From: Eledone cirrhosa
Lineage: Eukaryota
Assembly: GCA_964016885.1 (NCBI GenBank)
Contig: OZ024748.1
Location: 60,078,001-60,142,000 of the forward strand
DNA: 64,000 bases
Direction: 5' to 3'
The first letter of the stretch is position 1. Every line of letters starts with the position of its first letter. Below are positions 1 through 13,244 of this stretch, piece by piece. The position numbers were made by a program, and so were the translations under genes. The notes under the pieces were generated by a model. The model searched no databases, was not told the origin of the DNA, and worked only from the letters and a program-made list of their open reading frames with translations.

Positions 1-506
1 AGTCTTATTTCTCACTAACAACCACATAATAGACTCTTATTGAAAATATTTCACCGATCCTGCTTACCAAAGTTTTTTTTATATTTAGAATATCTTGCGA
101 CATCTATTTGTAGAATAAAGAATGAAAAGTTTTGTCTTTTTCTGCTGGAAATAGTTTATCTAACTTATAGAACTGACGTGAAACCAAGAACCAAGTTTTC
201 GGTTGACATTCTTGTGCCAGGTATTTTAAGATGTTGCCTGTTTATTATCTCCAAGAAAATTTCTTCAGATTCTAAACTAGGAATATATTTGAATACCCCG
301 AGGCAGATAATACTCTGTATGAGGCTGTTGACCTTTTGTTTGCAAAACTATCTACATACTCGTAAACAAATACAAATATACACACGCAGATATACCCAGA
401 CAAACATACACATATACATGTATATATATGCTTATATATATACAGACAACCAAATACATATAGAGAGGTACATATGCATAAAGAGATATACATGCATAAA
501 CACATA

Positions 507-507
507 A

Positions 508-588
<81 letters not shown>
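507..588. repeat. (TA)n microsatellite, representative of dozens of long (TA)n/(CA)n runs (e.g. 14108-14745, 33650-34150, 46925-47530, 59856-60660, 63200-64000)
   Basis: Direct sequence; these runs generate the [12 protein letters not shown] pseudo-ORFs. Confidence 0.99.
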
Positions 589-598
<10 letters not shown>

Positions 599-1024
599 AT
601 AAAAGCATACAGGTGTATATACTTACATACAGATACACACACACTCACAAATATATACTGATCTCATACGTAGTAAAAACATTAAATAGCCTAAAATGTT
701 ATCGTCACTAGCGTTTAATTGCAAGCCGCCCGAGTCACCGGATTGGCATAAATCTCAAAAGGTCGAACGAGATGCTTTCCGGCAATCTGCTTCCTGAGAT
801 CAAACGCAGTTGTAATCTATGTGGCTGCTTGAGCTAATCAATCGCATTATTTAACACTATCTCATGGCACAGGATTATGTTTAGCGGTCTGCACTCTATT
901 GCAAGTATTACGGTCTGGTCTCCGGTTTCAAGCGCATATTGTCTATATTCTTCCTTCTTTCCATCGTATTGTTCCTAATGGTAGCCTTGAAAAGTGTCAT
1001 GGGCGTTGCACTTGCTTCTACGAG

Positions 1025-1122
<98 letters not shown>

Positions 1123-1868
1123 AGTATTTGCTCTACGGTTCTTATATATTTGATATATATTTATCCCTCTTTGGATTTTAGTCTTCAAATTTATTATTAT
1201 TACTATATATATATATATATATATATGGAAGGTAAACTATCGGACCATTGAGTACATTGTAATTCTAAAGAAATGTAAAGATCTCAAGCACAGAAATAAT
1301 TAACCACAGTCGATTGCTATAAGTATCAGCTTAGAGAAGTGTCTAAAAATAACCCCACAGGAAAAATGGGGTCAGCAGGCGCTATGAGAGATCAAAAGTG
1401 TGTAACTCTGAAATACTAATTCTTACAAAGCGTTTTTTAAGCATTGAGCTAAAGGGCTTCTAGCAACAACTATCTAAAGCGAAACCTAAACTAATAGCTT
1501 ATAAACAACATTTCAAAGGTAAACTAAAAATTGAGTGAGGTCAGCTGGAATTTAATAGGGACGGAGTTCGATTCTTCGTAGCACCTGTTGATTATCTTTT
1601 GGTCAGTCTTTAATGGTATTTTTACACGATTTTCATAGTTATGACTTATAGCAAACGACTGCGGTTATAGTTATTTTCATCGTTTTGGATTTCTACTTCT
1701 TTTAAGAATCTATATATCAAAAAAGGTGCGTCCATGCGAAAAGTTGCTATAAAATAATTTATAAAAAGGGGGAAGACCCTTAAAGACAGATAAAGAAGCT
1801 TTGGGATAATTTAAAATTTGAAATTTCTGTGTCCCAATGACAATAGTAGACACCTATACGCAATAATA

Positions 1869-2421
1869 ATTGTTTCTACTATTGACACAAGGTCAGCAAT
1901 TAACCCAGTGTATTACATGTACTTTATTTTATCGACCCCGTAAGGATGAACGGCAAAGTTAACCCCGGCGGAATTTGATCTCAGACCATAAAGGGCCGTA
2001 ACTCTGTTCTGCAAATCATGGCGTCTGACCATCTACCAATACTGACAATCCACCGCCCTAAATAATAATATTTTTTTCTACTTTTAGCACAAGGCCAGCA
2101 ATTTCTCAGTGCATTACCGGTACTTTATTTTATCGACCCCGTAAGGCTGAAAGACAAAGTTAACCTCGGCTGGATTTGAACTCAGATCATAAAGTGACGT
2201 AACTCTCTGCCGCAAATCATGGTGTCTGACCCTCTACCACCCTAAATATTAATAATTGTTTCTAATTTAGGCATAAGGCCAGCAATTACCCAGTGCATTA
2301 CTGGTACTTTATTTTATCGACCCCGTAAGGATGAAAGGCAAAGTTAACCTTGACGGGATTTGAACTCAGACCGTAAAGGGACGTAACTACGCTAGAAAGC
2401 ATGGCGCCCAACCCTACCGAT
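1869..2421 (-). mobile_element. Three tandem copies of a tRNA-derived SINE (octopus-type)
   Basis: Units ~1869-2058, 2071-2243, 2254-2421 share cacaaggccagcaatt...gtactttattttatcgaccccgtaaggatgaaaggcaaagtt...tttgaactcag. Minus strand shows a B-box-like gagttcaaat. Confidence 0.85.
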
Positions 2422-2923
2422 TATTATTATTATGGTAATATTCATGGGAATGCACATATTTCAAACATATATATATATATATTTATAACTTTGATGAAAC
2501 CATTATGTTTCCTTCTTAAGTTTACTTTCCCCACCAATTAAATGTAGACATTAAGCAGTGCCTACTGTCACCCTGTTTGAATTGATCACTTCTATACCAT
2601 TGTGTGTTCTTCATAATTATCTGAAGAGGCCATTTTCCAATATGTCAGAACTTTCCGATTACTGAACCAACCATTCTATGATGTATGTTTGTTCTTACGT
2701 GCTTTCACCCACTTTACCTTTTTCCTCTATCTATTAGTCTCTTCCCGCATCTTTCTTATATACAGTAACCTCTACCTCTCTCTCTCTCTCTCACTCTCTC
2801 TCTCTCTCTCTCTCTCACACAATCACTTTATCTGGATATCTGACCTAGTAATATTAATAATAATAATAAAAATGATGTTGATAATGATAATTATTATTTT
2901 TATAAGAGTAATAATAATGATAA

Positions 2924-2973
<50 letters not shown>

Positions 2974-3058
2974 CACACACACACACACATATATATATAT
3001 ACATATATATATATTTTTATATATACAAATATATACATATATACATACCTATATATAT

Positions 3059-3097
<39 letters not shown>

Positions 3098-3245
3098 CAT
3101 ACATATATATATATGCATACATACAAATATATATGCATATATATACATACACATATACATACATATATGCATACATATATATATACATACATATATATAT
3201 ACATACAAATACATATACATACATACACATATACACACATATATG

Positions 3246-3307
<62 letters not shown>

Positions 3308-3495
3308 CACACACATATATATATATTTACTTACGCATTCAATATCCGCCTATCTTACAATTTATCTCTCTATCTATCTATCTATATATCTATCTATCTA
3401 CCCATCTAAGACTCTATTTCTTTCTATATATACCATACTTTCTATTTACCTTCTCTCCGTCTTTAATACGCTCTTTGTTTCTTTGTTCGTTTGTC

Positions 3496-3546
<51 letters not shown>

Positions 3547-4067
3547 CATATTGCAGTTATCCATTCTCATCATTCCTTTATATACCAGAAACCTCTATGT
3601 AAGGCGTCTTTAAGTAAATTGCATTTCAGATAATGATACAAGAACAACACCCAAGAGATTTGGGACGAGCAGTTCGTTTGAACTATATCGGAACAGTTCG
3701 GCTAAAGTAGTCTTTCGAAAGTCACTTAATTAAAGTCCTCTTGGAATTGTGGAGGTATTTCTATGACGTCTTGCCAATAAATTTCTAAACAGGATATATT
3801 GAGAAATATTTGGAGAATATAAGGTCAGCAATCTACTTGACATAACTCAGCAATATTTCAAATATTGGAACTATTTTTTTATACGCCTTCTCTTTAAATT
3901 GTACCGATGACATTCAATGATATACAGTGAAATATTTTATAATGGACCATTCTACTATTTTTTCTATTTCACCTGTATTAAGAGAAATAACAGAAAAAGG
4001 AAACAGCAACAAAAGTCTAACAAACCATCTATCCTCTACAAAATAATATTACTTTCTTTTGTTTGGA

Positions 4068-4109
<42 letters not shown>

Positions 4110-4167
4110 TTTACGCCTTTCTATACACTTTCCGTAAATCCCCGTGATTAGTTTATATCCCCCCCCC

Positions 4168-4219
<52 letters not shown>

Positions 4220-4276
4220 ATATATATATTATATATATATTATATATATATGTATATATATATATATATATATATA

Positions 4277-4429
4277 ACGAAGGAAATGTGGTAAGGAACC
4301 AGGTGGACCATAACGCACCAAAGTACTCAATACTTGAGGTAGTAGAGTGGGTAATAGGAACCAGTAAGACCCCGACAGCTGAGCTCAAGCCGTTTCGACG
4401 GCTACAGCTGTCGGGGTCTTACTGGTTCC

Positions 4430-4432
<3 letters not shown>
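4277..4432 (-). mobile_element. Short repeat family B (PLE pLTR-like; 3' half of an HHR-like motif, fold-back end)
   Basis: aacgaaggaaatgtggtaaggaaccagg...gctcaagccgtttcgacggcta recurs at ~23232-23420, 30156-30322, 45953-46086, 48987-49183, 53600-53737, nearly always between (TA)n runs. Confidence 0.75.
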
Positions 4433-4467
<35 letters not shown>

Positions 4468-4569
4468 GTATATATATGTAATATATATATATATTATATA
4501 TATATGTATATATATGTAATATATATATATATATAATATATATATGTATATATATGTAATATATATATA

Positions 4570-4624
<55 letters not shown>

Positions 4625-4648
4625 ATATATATATATATATATTAAATA

Positions 4649-4733
<85 letters not shown>

Positions 4734-5053
4734 ATGTGTTCATTTACTTGTAATGAATTATATATGAGACAATGAAGTTACATCATGATGCGTATGTGTG
4801 TTTCATGTTTTCATTCGGCAGTAATTCATAATTGACATGCATACTTGCTCTTGAATGTACATGCTGCAACATGTATGCACGTGCATGTATGTCGTCGTGT
4901 ATGTATCTATACATGTTTGTATATATGTGAGGGCACGTATATACGTATGTATATATGTATATATACACACACATATATATATGTATGTTTGCATGTATGC
5001 ACGTCCGTATATATATATGTATATACGTACGTACGTATGCCTGCATATATATA

Positions 5054-5127
<74 letters not shown>

Positions 5128-5134
5128 CATATAC

Positions 5135-5173
<39 letters not shown>

Positions 5174-5211
5174 GATATGTATATATGTATATATATACAT
5201 ATATATATATG

Positions 5212-5268
<57 letters not shown>

Positions 5269-5318
5269 ATATATACATATATATATATATATGTATATGT
5301 ATATATGTATATATATAC

Positions 5319-5383
<65 letters not shown>

Positions 5384-5761
5384 GTATTTACGTATCGAGA
5401 GAGAGAAAAAATGGGGAAGATAGGTGATACATATAGTATGTGTATATATAGGTGTAAGCGCACTTAATCCCTTTCTATCACTCTCCCCTCTCCTACCGAC
5501 CACATGGAGATATATGTATGTATATTGCTTCCACCCCCTCACTGACCAGCAGCTGGCTATCTGGCCATTGCTAAATCTGACCTTAAAAAAAACCACTCCC
5601 CACAAACAATTCCTCATTCACTACCAGAAAGGGATACACAGCAGTCCACTTGCTGCTACCAAGATGAAAACTACTATGAAATCCCACAATGAATTTTATA
5701 CTTGAATTTTCAAACTTCAAATTTTAACTCTTCTTATTATTAAATTTTCTTAATATTAATC

Positions 5762-5809
5762 AACATTTGAAAAGATGGCTTTTGCAGACTCATCGAAACC
5801 GGTCATTTT
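5762..5809 (+). ncRNA. Minimal type I hammerhead ribozyme motif, U3:A8 core
   Basis: aacat-TTGAAAA-gatg(gcttttgcagact)catc-GAA-accggt-C-atttt. Stem II gatg/catc, palindromic stem III ACCGGU, GUC triplet, stem I with one mismatch. Confidence 0.65.
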
Positions 5810-5947
5810 TTATACCCTTTATTCTTTCCTTACCTTATAAAATTATATGTTTTTTCACAAAAAAGTATTCTGTCTCTTATATATTCCATGTGCCATTACC
5901 AACCTCAATTTTCTCTATAACCTTCGTTTTGTGTAGAAACTTACACT

Positions 5948-5986
<39 letters not shown>

Positions 5987-6372
5987 ATTATACATACACA
6001 TATATACTTACACACACACACGTATATACATACACACACATGTGTGTGTGAATGTATGTTGTGTGTGTGTGTATGTGTGCGTGTGTGTGTATAAGACAAA
6101 GACATGCAGCTCGACGGAATGGTACTCAACGTTATAGACTTTCCTTATTTCTTCGTCTCAGCAATATTTTTCGTTGTTTTCGTTTTGGTCAGATTCTTAA
6201 TTAGAACAGATACATATCTCATACTTGTACCTCTCGTATATGTATCCATCTACATATCTATCTATCTATATATCTATCTATGCATATTTATATAGTTATC
6301 CTTCAACCTATCTATCTATATTTATATATTTATCTTTCTATCTATCTATCTATCTTTCCATCTATCTATCTA

Positions 6373-8031
6373 AAGCGGTGTCGGCCTACGCCGATGACGT
6401 GACAGTAATGGTGTCGACGGCCTCCGAAATCGAGGCGGTCGGCACCTTACTGGAGGAGTACGAAAGGTTCACAGGGGCTAAGCTGAACCGGGACAAGTCG
6501 ATCGCTTTGCAACTCGGCACGTGGAGGGGCAGACCGATGCCCTCCGATGGCGTCGTCGGAAGCTGGACGGAGGGCCCGGTGAAGTTGCTCGGGGTCTGGT
6601 TCGGACCGGACCTCCAGGTGGAGAAAAACTGGGCGGAGGTTACGAACAGGGTGTTTGCACTGACCCAGAAGTGGGCCAGTTGCAAACTAACCCTGAAAGG
6701 TCGGGCGGAGGTGGCGAACACCTATATAGCGTCCGTCATCTACTACAGCCTGACCGTAGTGCGCTGCCCAAGGGAAACCCTCACCAAGATGGAGCGCGCG
6801 CTCTTCCAATTCCTTTGGAAGAGGCGGGCTCCTATGGTGAGGAGATCCATCTGCTGTCAACACCCTTCGAAAGGAGGGCTGGGGATGCCGTGGCTAATGA
6901 TGCGTAAACACGCATTAAGGCTACGGCACCTCTACGTATTCCTCACCGGTCAACCGGTGTGGGCCTCGTTTGTGAGACGAACCTTTCCCAGACTCGTCTC
7001 ACTCACCGAGCTGCAATCCTGGGTCAAGCAGAGACCGAGAAAACTGGGCGCCTGGCACACTCAGTGTGCCCAGGCGCTCACCGCCCTCTGGCAGGCGGAT
7101 CCGGTTATCATTGGAGACTCCACCGCAACATTCTATAGAGGGCTGGTACGCAGCAGGTGCGACGACGCCCTCGGAGAAGCCCTAGACATGAAGGAGGACG
7201 GACTGGCCAGCCTGTTCGGTAGGACATTCAGCCCAGGACCTATGGACAACTTCCAGAAGTCCCTGGCCTGGCAGTGCTACCGAGGGGCTCTACCCGTTCG
7301 AGAAAAGCTCTACAGACACGGGCGCCCGGGTAGGGACCCCGCCAAAAAGATCTGTCCCAGATGCGTGTGCGACGAGGAAACCGTTGCACACGCATTGGTA
7401 CACTGCTCGGGCGTAGCCGATCTGTGGGGCTATGTCGAACAACTGCTGTCAAGGGTGGGACCGATCCGGTTGACCACCGAGTCTATTGTAATGATCAAGC
7501 CGCCTCCCCCCTTCATAGATGAAGGAGAGGCGGTGTTTCTGTGCGTAATAGCCATGGTGAAAGAAGTTGTATGGTGGACGCGTCTGAAAGGACTGAGGTC
7601 AGGCACCTTTCTCTCTGGCCAACAACTGGTCCGTTTCTTCCGATATCATTTCGGAAGAAGGATCAGGATGGAGAGAGAGGTGCTCCACCCCAGTCGTTTT
7701 TATGAAAGGTGGGTGAAAGTGGCGAGAATGGCCCGTGTGAATGGGCCTTCTCTTTACATAAGCCTGTAGGTGGAAAAGAGGAAGGAACGAGGGAGCACGC
7801 CCTCTCTGTGCTCCTGAGGAAAAGGGTTGCACACTTTTTTCGTGGGTGTGTGCGACCCCCCAAGGCGCCTCCTCTCTATTGAGGATTTTGTTATAAATTT
7901 TATTTTTTGTTATATTTTATTTTATTTTTATACTTTGTTATTGCCTCCTCCTTATTGAGGGCGCCTTTTTGTGTAAACTCCCCCCTTTGTACTTGTCCCA
8001 CTTTTGATGCCCTGGTGGCAAATAAAAGAAA
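6373..8031 (+). mobile_element. 5'-truncated L1/Tx1-clade non-LTR retrotransposon (ORF2 C-terminal half plus 3' UTR)
   Basis: Open frame 6373-7769: AYADD, KLLGVWF, GGLGMP, CPRC...ETVAHALVHC zinc knuckle; AATAAA near 8021. GC-rich against flanks and bounded by (ATCT)n on both sides. Confidence 0.93.
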
Positions 8032-8035
8032 CATA

Positions 8036-8039
8036 TCTG

Positions 8040-8118
<79 letters not shown>
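8036..8118. repeat. (ATCT)n microsatellite between the two Tx1 copies
   Basis: Direct sequence. Confidence 0.98.
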
Positions 8119-9238
8119 GTGACCAGGGGCGTAGTCACACTAGTCAGGAAGGACGAGAATAAGGAGGATGGCATAGGCAACTTCCGGCCCATAACTCTGC
8201 TAAACACAGAGTTACAGATTTTGGCCAAGGGGTTTGCAAAGAGGCTGGCGCTTGTCGTCGAAAACCTGGTGGGAGAGGCGCAGAAATGCGCAATCCCGAC
8301 CAGGTTCATACACGAAAACCTCCACCTCATGCGATACATCATAGAGAGGGTAGGGTGTAAACCCGGCTTCGTTGGGGCCCTCATCAACTTGGATCAGTCT
8401 AAGGCTTACGATATTGACCATCGTTACCTAGATGCGGTGCTCGAGGCGGCAGGTTTCGGACCCGTGTTCAGGGGCTGGATTGCTGCAATGCACAACAGCA
8501 ACATCTGCTAAAGGGTCGAGGTGAACGGCTACATCTCGGAGCCGTTCCATATCACGCGATCCATCCGACAGGGATGACCTCTCTCCTCCCTTCTGTACGT
8601 ACTGACTCTCGAGCCATTACTGCGGAAGTTGGAGCTATTGCAGGGCAACCCTTTAGAACCGGGACTGCAGAAAGCGGCTTAACAGTAATGGTGTCAAGCA
8701 CCTCGCAAATCGAGGAAGTCGGCACCTTACTGAAGGCATACGAAAGGTTCACAGGAGCGAAGCTGAACCGGGACAAGTCTGTCGGTTTGCAACTAGGATC
8801 GTGGAGAGGCAAACCGATGCCTTCCGATGGCGTCGTCGGACGCTGGACGGAAGGACCGGTGAAGCTGCTCGGGGTCTAGTTCAGTCCGGACCTCCAGATG
8901 GAGAAGAAGTGGAACGAGGTGACGGCCAAGGTGTTTGCGCTCACCCAGAAGTGGGTAGAGTGCAAACTATCCTTGAAAGGTCGAGCGGAGGTGGCGAACA
9001 CTTTCATAGCGTCCGTCATCTACTACCGCTTGACCGTCGTGCCTTGTCCAGCCAAAACTCTCACCAAAAGGGAGCGCGCGCTCTTCCAATTTCTATGGAA
9101 GAAACTGGCTCCTTTGGTGAGAAGATCCATCTGCTGACAACACTCTTCACACGGAGGGATGGGGATGCCGTGGCTGACAATGCGCAAACACGCGCTCAGG
9201 CTGCGGCATTTCCACGTATTCCACACCGGACAACCGTG
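8119..9238 (+). pseudogene. Second, degenerate Tx1-clade ORF2 fragment
   Basis: RGVVTLVRK, NFRPITLLN, DQSKAYD, IRQG*PLS motifs, then a segment (8681-9237) paralogous to 6402-6959. Contains stops, frameshifts and a deletion over the YADD region. Confidence 0.9.
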
Positions 9239-9242
9239 AATA

Positions 9243-9282
<40 letters not shown>

Positions 9283-9285
<3 letters not shown>

Positions 9286-9572
9286 TAAGGCGGGTAAAAT
9301 TCCCGAGATCCATGGACGAGTTCTCTCCAGCGGTCTCTGTCCGTCATTATCGCTGCCATGTCCTGCATCTCCAACAGACCAGTGTCTGTCCTTAGGGCAT
9401 CAACATACGTTAACCTTGGTCTTCCTCTTCTAGTGTGTCCGGTGTAGGGGCTCCCAAAGGAGTACTAAGTGCAATGTCAACTCTGGATGTCGGTGAGCAT
9501 GTCCAGCTAACCTCAGTCTCCTCTGTGTCACTTTTGAGCTGACTTTTGGGATACTCCCATACAGCTCTGAGT
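9283..9572 (-). mobile_element. RTE-clade LINE 3' fragment
   Basis: Near-identical to 51822-52042, which translates [12 protein letters not shown]...LLWEP...[13 protein letters not shown]...DRDRWRELV, a typical RTE C-terminus. Confidence 0.85.
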
Positions 9573-9582
9573 TTATATATAT

Positions 9583-9671
<89 letters not shown>

Positions 9672-9677
9672 ATTTTA

Positions 9678-9720
<43 letters not shown>

Positions 9721-9723
<3 letters not shown>

Positions 9724-11021
9724 TAAAATAACAGATTCAAGTTTAAACAAAGAATCGCTGCTTTCACCCTTAATGGGATCTTCTGAAACTAACAAAGTCA
9801 ATCTGTAAACGCAGAAGTGCATATTTCAAAAAACGTTGCAAACGGAGGAAGACAGGAAGACGATACTTTGGTTCGTGGAAACGTTCCCTTCAGAAAACAT
9901 ACAGGTAATATATACTTACCTACGCAAATAAGTAATGGTATAAACATAACATATACTTAGCTACCACATCAAGACGTAAAATATCCACGTATAGATCGTA
10001 CTATCCGTTAGGGTATAATGTGGGGCTGTAATACAGGAAGGTTTTGTGCAATTTATGTTTACAAGCCGAAATTGCCTCAGATTTTTTGTTTAAGATGCGT
10101 TCTGTGGCGTAGAGTATTTCCAGGACCTCAGCGGCGCAGAGGTCACATGGTCTTTTATTTCCGTTATACGATCTAGCCCTAGCTAAGATCTCCCAGTGTA
10201 ACTTATATTGGGTGTGGTTGTCTTTTAGACTCCAGATATAAGCTGAAAGTGACGTCATATTCCTTCTTAGAGAGTAACGAAAAGAATGGGTATGCATGTA
10301 AAGACGTTGCTTGAATCTATTGGCGGTTAACCCTATGTAGGCCCTACGGGACGTGGGTGTTTCAACCTTACATTTGTAGACAATGTTACTAGAGAGGCAT
10401 TTCCCGGAAAGGGGGCAATCAACCAGATTCCTACAATTACAGTTAGTACTAACTACAGGGTTGCACGTGTTCCTACGGCTAGGTAGTTTAGCTAAATTTG
10501 AAGCTGTGATGTTATGTGCAAGGTTAATAGACGTAGAGTAAGAAATTTTAATAGTATTTCTATTAAAAATTTTAGTATATTTATGTGTAGGGGGAGAATG
10601 CTTCGTAATAAGGGATAGAAAGATCTTAGCTAATGGTGTGGCCACCTCCATATTATATGGTGGGTTATACCATATAATGCGACGGGATCTATTTCTTCTA
10701 GGTCTATTCTCGTACTCTGTATATGCTACCTTATCGCAAATCCACTCCGAGCAAGAGCTTCATTGTAATAAGTGGAATGGTCGTTGAAAATATGCTCGTT
10801 AGTAGATAGACGGGAAAGCCTCAACGTAACGTTTCTTACCAGGTTCTTGGTTACGCTGGCAGGATGGTTGGAATGCTTACTTATGTAATTAAGCGTATCA
10901 TTCGGCTTTCTATACGAATAATACAACCCATTCGATAAATTGAGGGTAACGTCGAGGTAATTAACGACCGAGAGGTTTGCCTCAACCTGTATAGAGCGGT
11001 TGAAGCCTTTAAAGAAGGCTG
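9721..11021 (-). mobile_element. 5'-truncated Penelope-like element (RT C-terminus/thumb, Cys-rich linker, GIY-YIG endonuclease, 3' pLTR with HHR)
   Basis: VNYLDVTLNL..YRKPND..SNHP (10726-11021); frameshift near 10740; IIWYNPPYN..NCNC..CPLSGKCL..IVYKC..YIGLT..FKQRLYMH..CDLCAAE..LNKKSE (10001-10725). Confidence 0.93.
9740..9790 (-). ncRNA. HHR motif in Penelope pLTR (family G, CAGAAGA core)
   Basis: Minus strand agttt-CAGAAGA-tccc(attaa)gggt-GAA-agca(gcgattctt)tgtt-T-aaact. Confidence 0.7.
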
Positions 11022-11102
11022 TCTCTACGGTTCTCATATATTTGATATATATTTATCCTTATCGAGCACTCTTTGGATTTTAGTCTTCATATTTATTATT
11101 AT

Positions 11103-11143
<41 letters not shown>

Positions 11144-11462
11144 GTAATAATAATAAATTTGAAGACTAAAATCCAAAGAAGGCTCGATCAGGATAAATAT
11201 ATATCAAATATATAAGAACCGTTCATTGCCAGAGAACTTCTCCATGAACCACCTAATAGAATGTTAGTCTACGAGTTCATTTATACCATAAACGTGGTTT
11301 TGTCTTTGCGTGTAATTGTTTTCCTCGCACCAAATAATGACGTATTATCTTCGTTTTTTCCCGTTCTTTGCCAGGGAACGTTTCCACGAACCAAAGTATC
11401 GTCTTCCTGTCTTCCTTCAATTGCAACGTTTTTTTAAATATTTACTTCTGCGTTCACAGATT
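11022..11462. mobile_element. Rearranged and inverted pLTR pieces of the Penelope element
   Basis: 11373-11462 is the reverse complement of ~9802-9890. 11022-11105 and 11141-11222 are inverted copies of the pLTR tail also seen at 1122-1205, 21528-21615, 23027-23067, 36517-36595. Confidence 0.85.
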
Positions 11463-12244
11463 TTCCAACCATCATTGGTATTTCATCGCATTAAAAATCA
11501 GATACCTCAGGTTGGTGCGAGCAATAACTAAAAAAAGTTATTGGGACCAGTAAATCGCGTAAAGCGAGGGGGACAAGTAAACAACCGCTTTACGCGAATT
11601 ACTGGTCCCATTAACTCTTTTTAGTTATTGCTCGCACCAACCTGAATTATCTGATTTTTAATGCGATGAAATACCAATGATGGTTGGCAAATCACTGACG
11701 AAGGACTATTTTTATCATGTGTAACCCATGTGCAAATCACGCAGTATTCTTCTTTCTTCTCATGTTTTTTATATATATTTACCTCGGCTGCGTTTGTCTG
11801 TTTCTCTCTTACTGCTTCCCCGCTCTCTCTGTTTCTCTCACCTTCTTTCGCCCCCTCTGTCAGTTACACCTTCTCTCGACTGACCTCTTCCTCACACTTC
11901 CACTCACTCACTCTCTATTTCTCCCCTTCTCACTTCCTCCCGTTTGGCTTGTGTGGTTCTCTTCTTGCTTACATCTCACACACATCGACACGACGGTCTG
12001 TACCTCTCTCGCTCATGAAATCCACCCAGCTGATGCTGACCGGACAACCATGTTGCTTGTTTATTTTCCTATCTTCGGTTTGCTTTTATCCTTCTATGTT
12101 GTTTACTTGTCCCCCTCGCTTCACGCGAATTACTGGTCCCAATACCTTTTTTTAGTTAGTGCTCGCACCAACCTGAGGTATATGATTTTTAATGCGATGA
12201 AATACCAATGATGGTTAGAAAATCACTGACGAACGACTATTTTA

Positions 12245-12248
<4 letters not shown>
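11461..12248. mobile_element. Fold-back element plus direct partial repeat, PLE-terminus-like
   Basis: 11465-11567 is inverted at 11586-11687 and repeated again at ~12100-12248 after a pyrimidine-rich segment. Confidence 0.7.
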
Positions 12249-12298
<50 letters not shown>

Positions 12299-12352
12299 TG
12301 TATGTATATATATATATAGATGTATGTATATATATATATATATATAGATGTA

Positions 12353-12398
<46 letters not shown>

Positions 12399-12454
12399 TG
12401 TATGTATATATATAGATATGTATATATATATAGATATATATAGATATAGATATG

Positions 12455-12488
<34 letters not shown>

Positions 12489-12569
12489 GATATGTATATA
12501 CAGATATATATAGATACATATATATATATACAGATATGTATATATATATATATACAGATATGTATATAC

Positions 12570-12604
<35 letters not shown>

Positions 12605-12608
12605 TATG

Positions 12609-12674
<66 letters not shown>

Positions 12675-12676
<2 letters not shown>

Positions 12677-13031
12677 TAAAGAAAAAGAGATGAAATCGAA
12701 AATGCAACTGGAGTCTTATTTTTTTTTTAAATATATATATTTATTTGGTTCCTTTACCGGTTTCGCAGTTCTTCTGCTTTTCAAAAGGTGAGTTGAGATG
12801 GAGGGTCTGTGGTTTTTCTCACATGATGTGAGAAAAACCACAGACACTCCATCTCAACTCACCTTTTGAAAAGCAGAAGAACTGCGAAACCGGTAAAGGA
12901 ACCAAATAAATATATATATTTTTTAAAAAAATAAGACTCCAGTTGCATTTTCGATTTCATCTCTTTTTCTTTATACTTTCACTCGTGTAGGACACCTCGG
13001 TTATTTTTCATTTTGTAAAAAAAAACCTCAC

Positions 13032-13036
<5 letters not shown>
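12675..13036. mobile_element. Family A: ~150-bp-arm palindrome carrying two HHR motifs
   Basis: Near-perfect inverted repeat 12675-12975 centred at 12825. Other copies at 41636-41815, 47527-47677, 59390-59520. Confidence 0.9.
12862..12899 (+). ncRNA. Minimal type I HHR, U3:A8 core (mirror copy 12751-12788 minus)
   Basis: cctt-TTGAAAA-gcag(aagaa)ctgc-GAA-accggt-A-aagg; all three stems pair; GUA triplet. Confidence 0.8.
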
Positions 13037-13127
<91 letters not shown>

Positions 13128-13197
13128 TTAAATATGTATATAATTTGGTATATATATTATTATATATATATAATACACACACACACACACACATATA

Positions 13198-13244
<47 letters not shown>

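Noticed and set aside
690-1027. GC-richer island with an ILANRV-like minus-strand peptide
   Set aside because: Stops in the frame and no further RT motifs; unassigned.
1869-2421. Regularly spaced repeats resembling a CRISPR array
   Set aside because: Tandem ~190-bp SINE copies in eukaryotic DNA; no repeat-spacer structure and no cas genes.
2689-5617. Long ORFs rich in YI/HT/CV/SL dipeptides (here and throughout)
   Set aside because: Translations of stop-free dinucleotide microsatellites.
6225-6372. N-terminal part of the 514-aa ORF
   Set aside because: Read-through of the (ATCT)n flank; the element begins near 6373.
11636-11705. HHR-like ccaac-ctga..atc/gat-gaaa..gttgg
   Set aside because: Core A9 is lost and position 17 is G; too degenerate to call.
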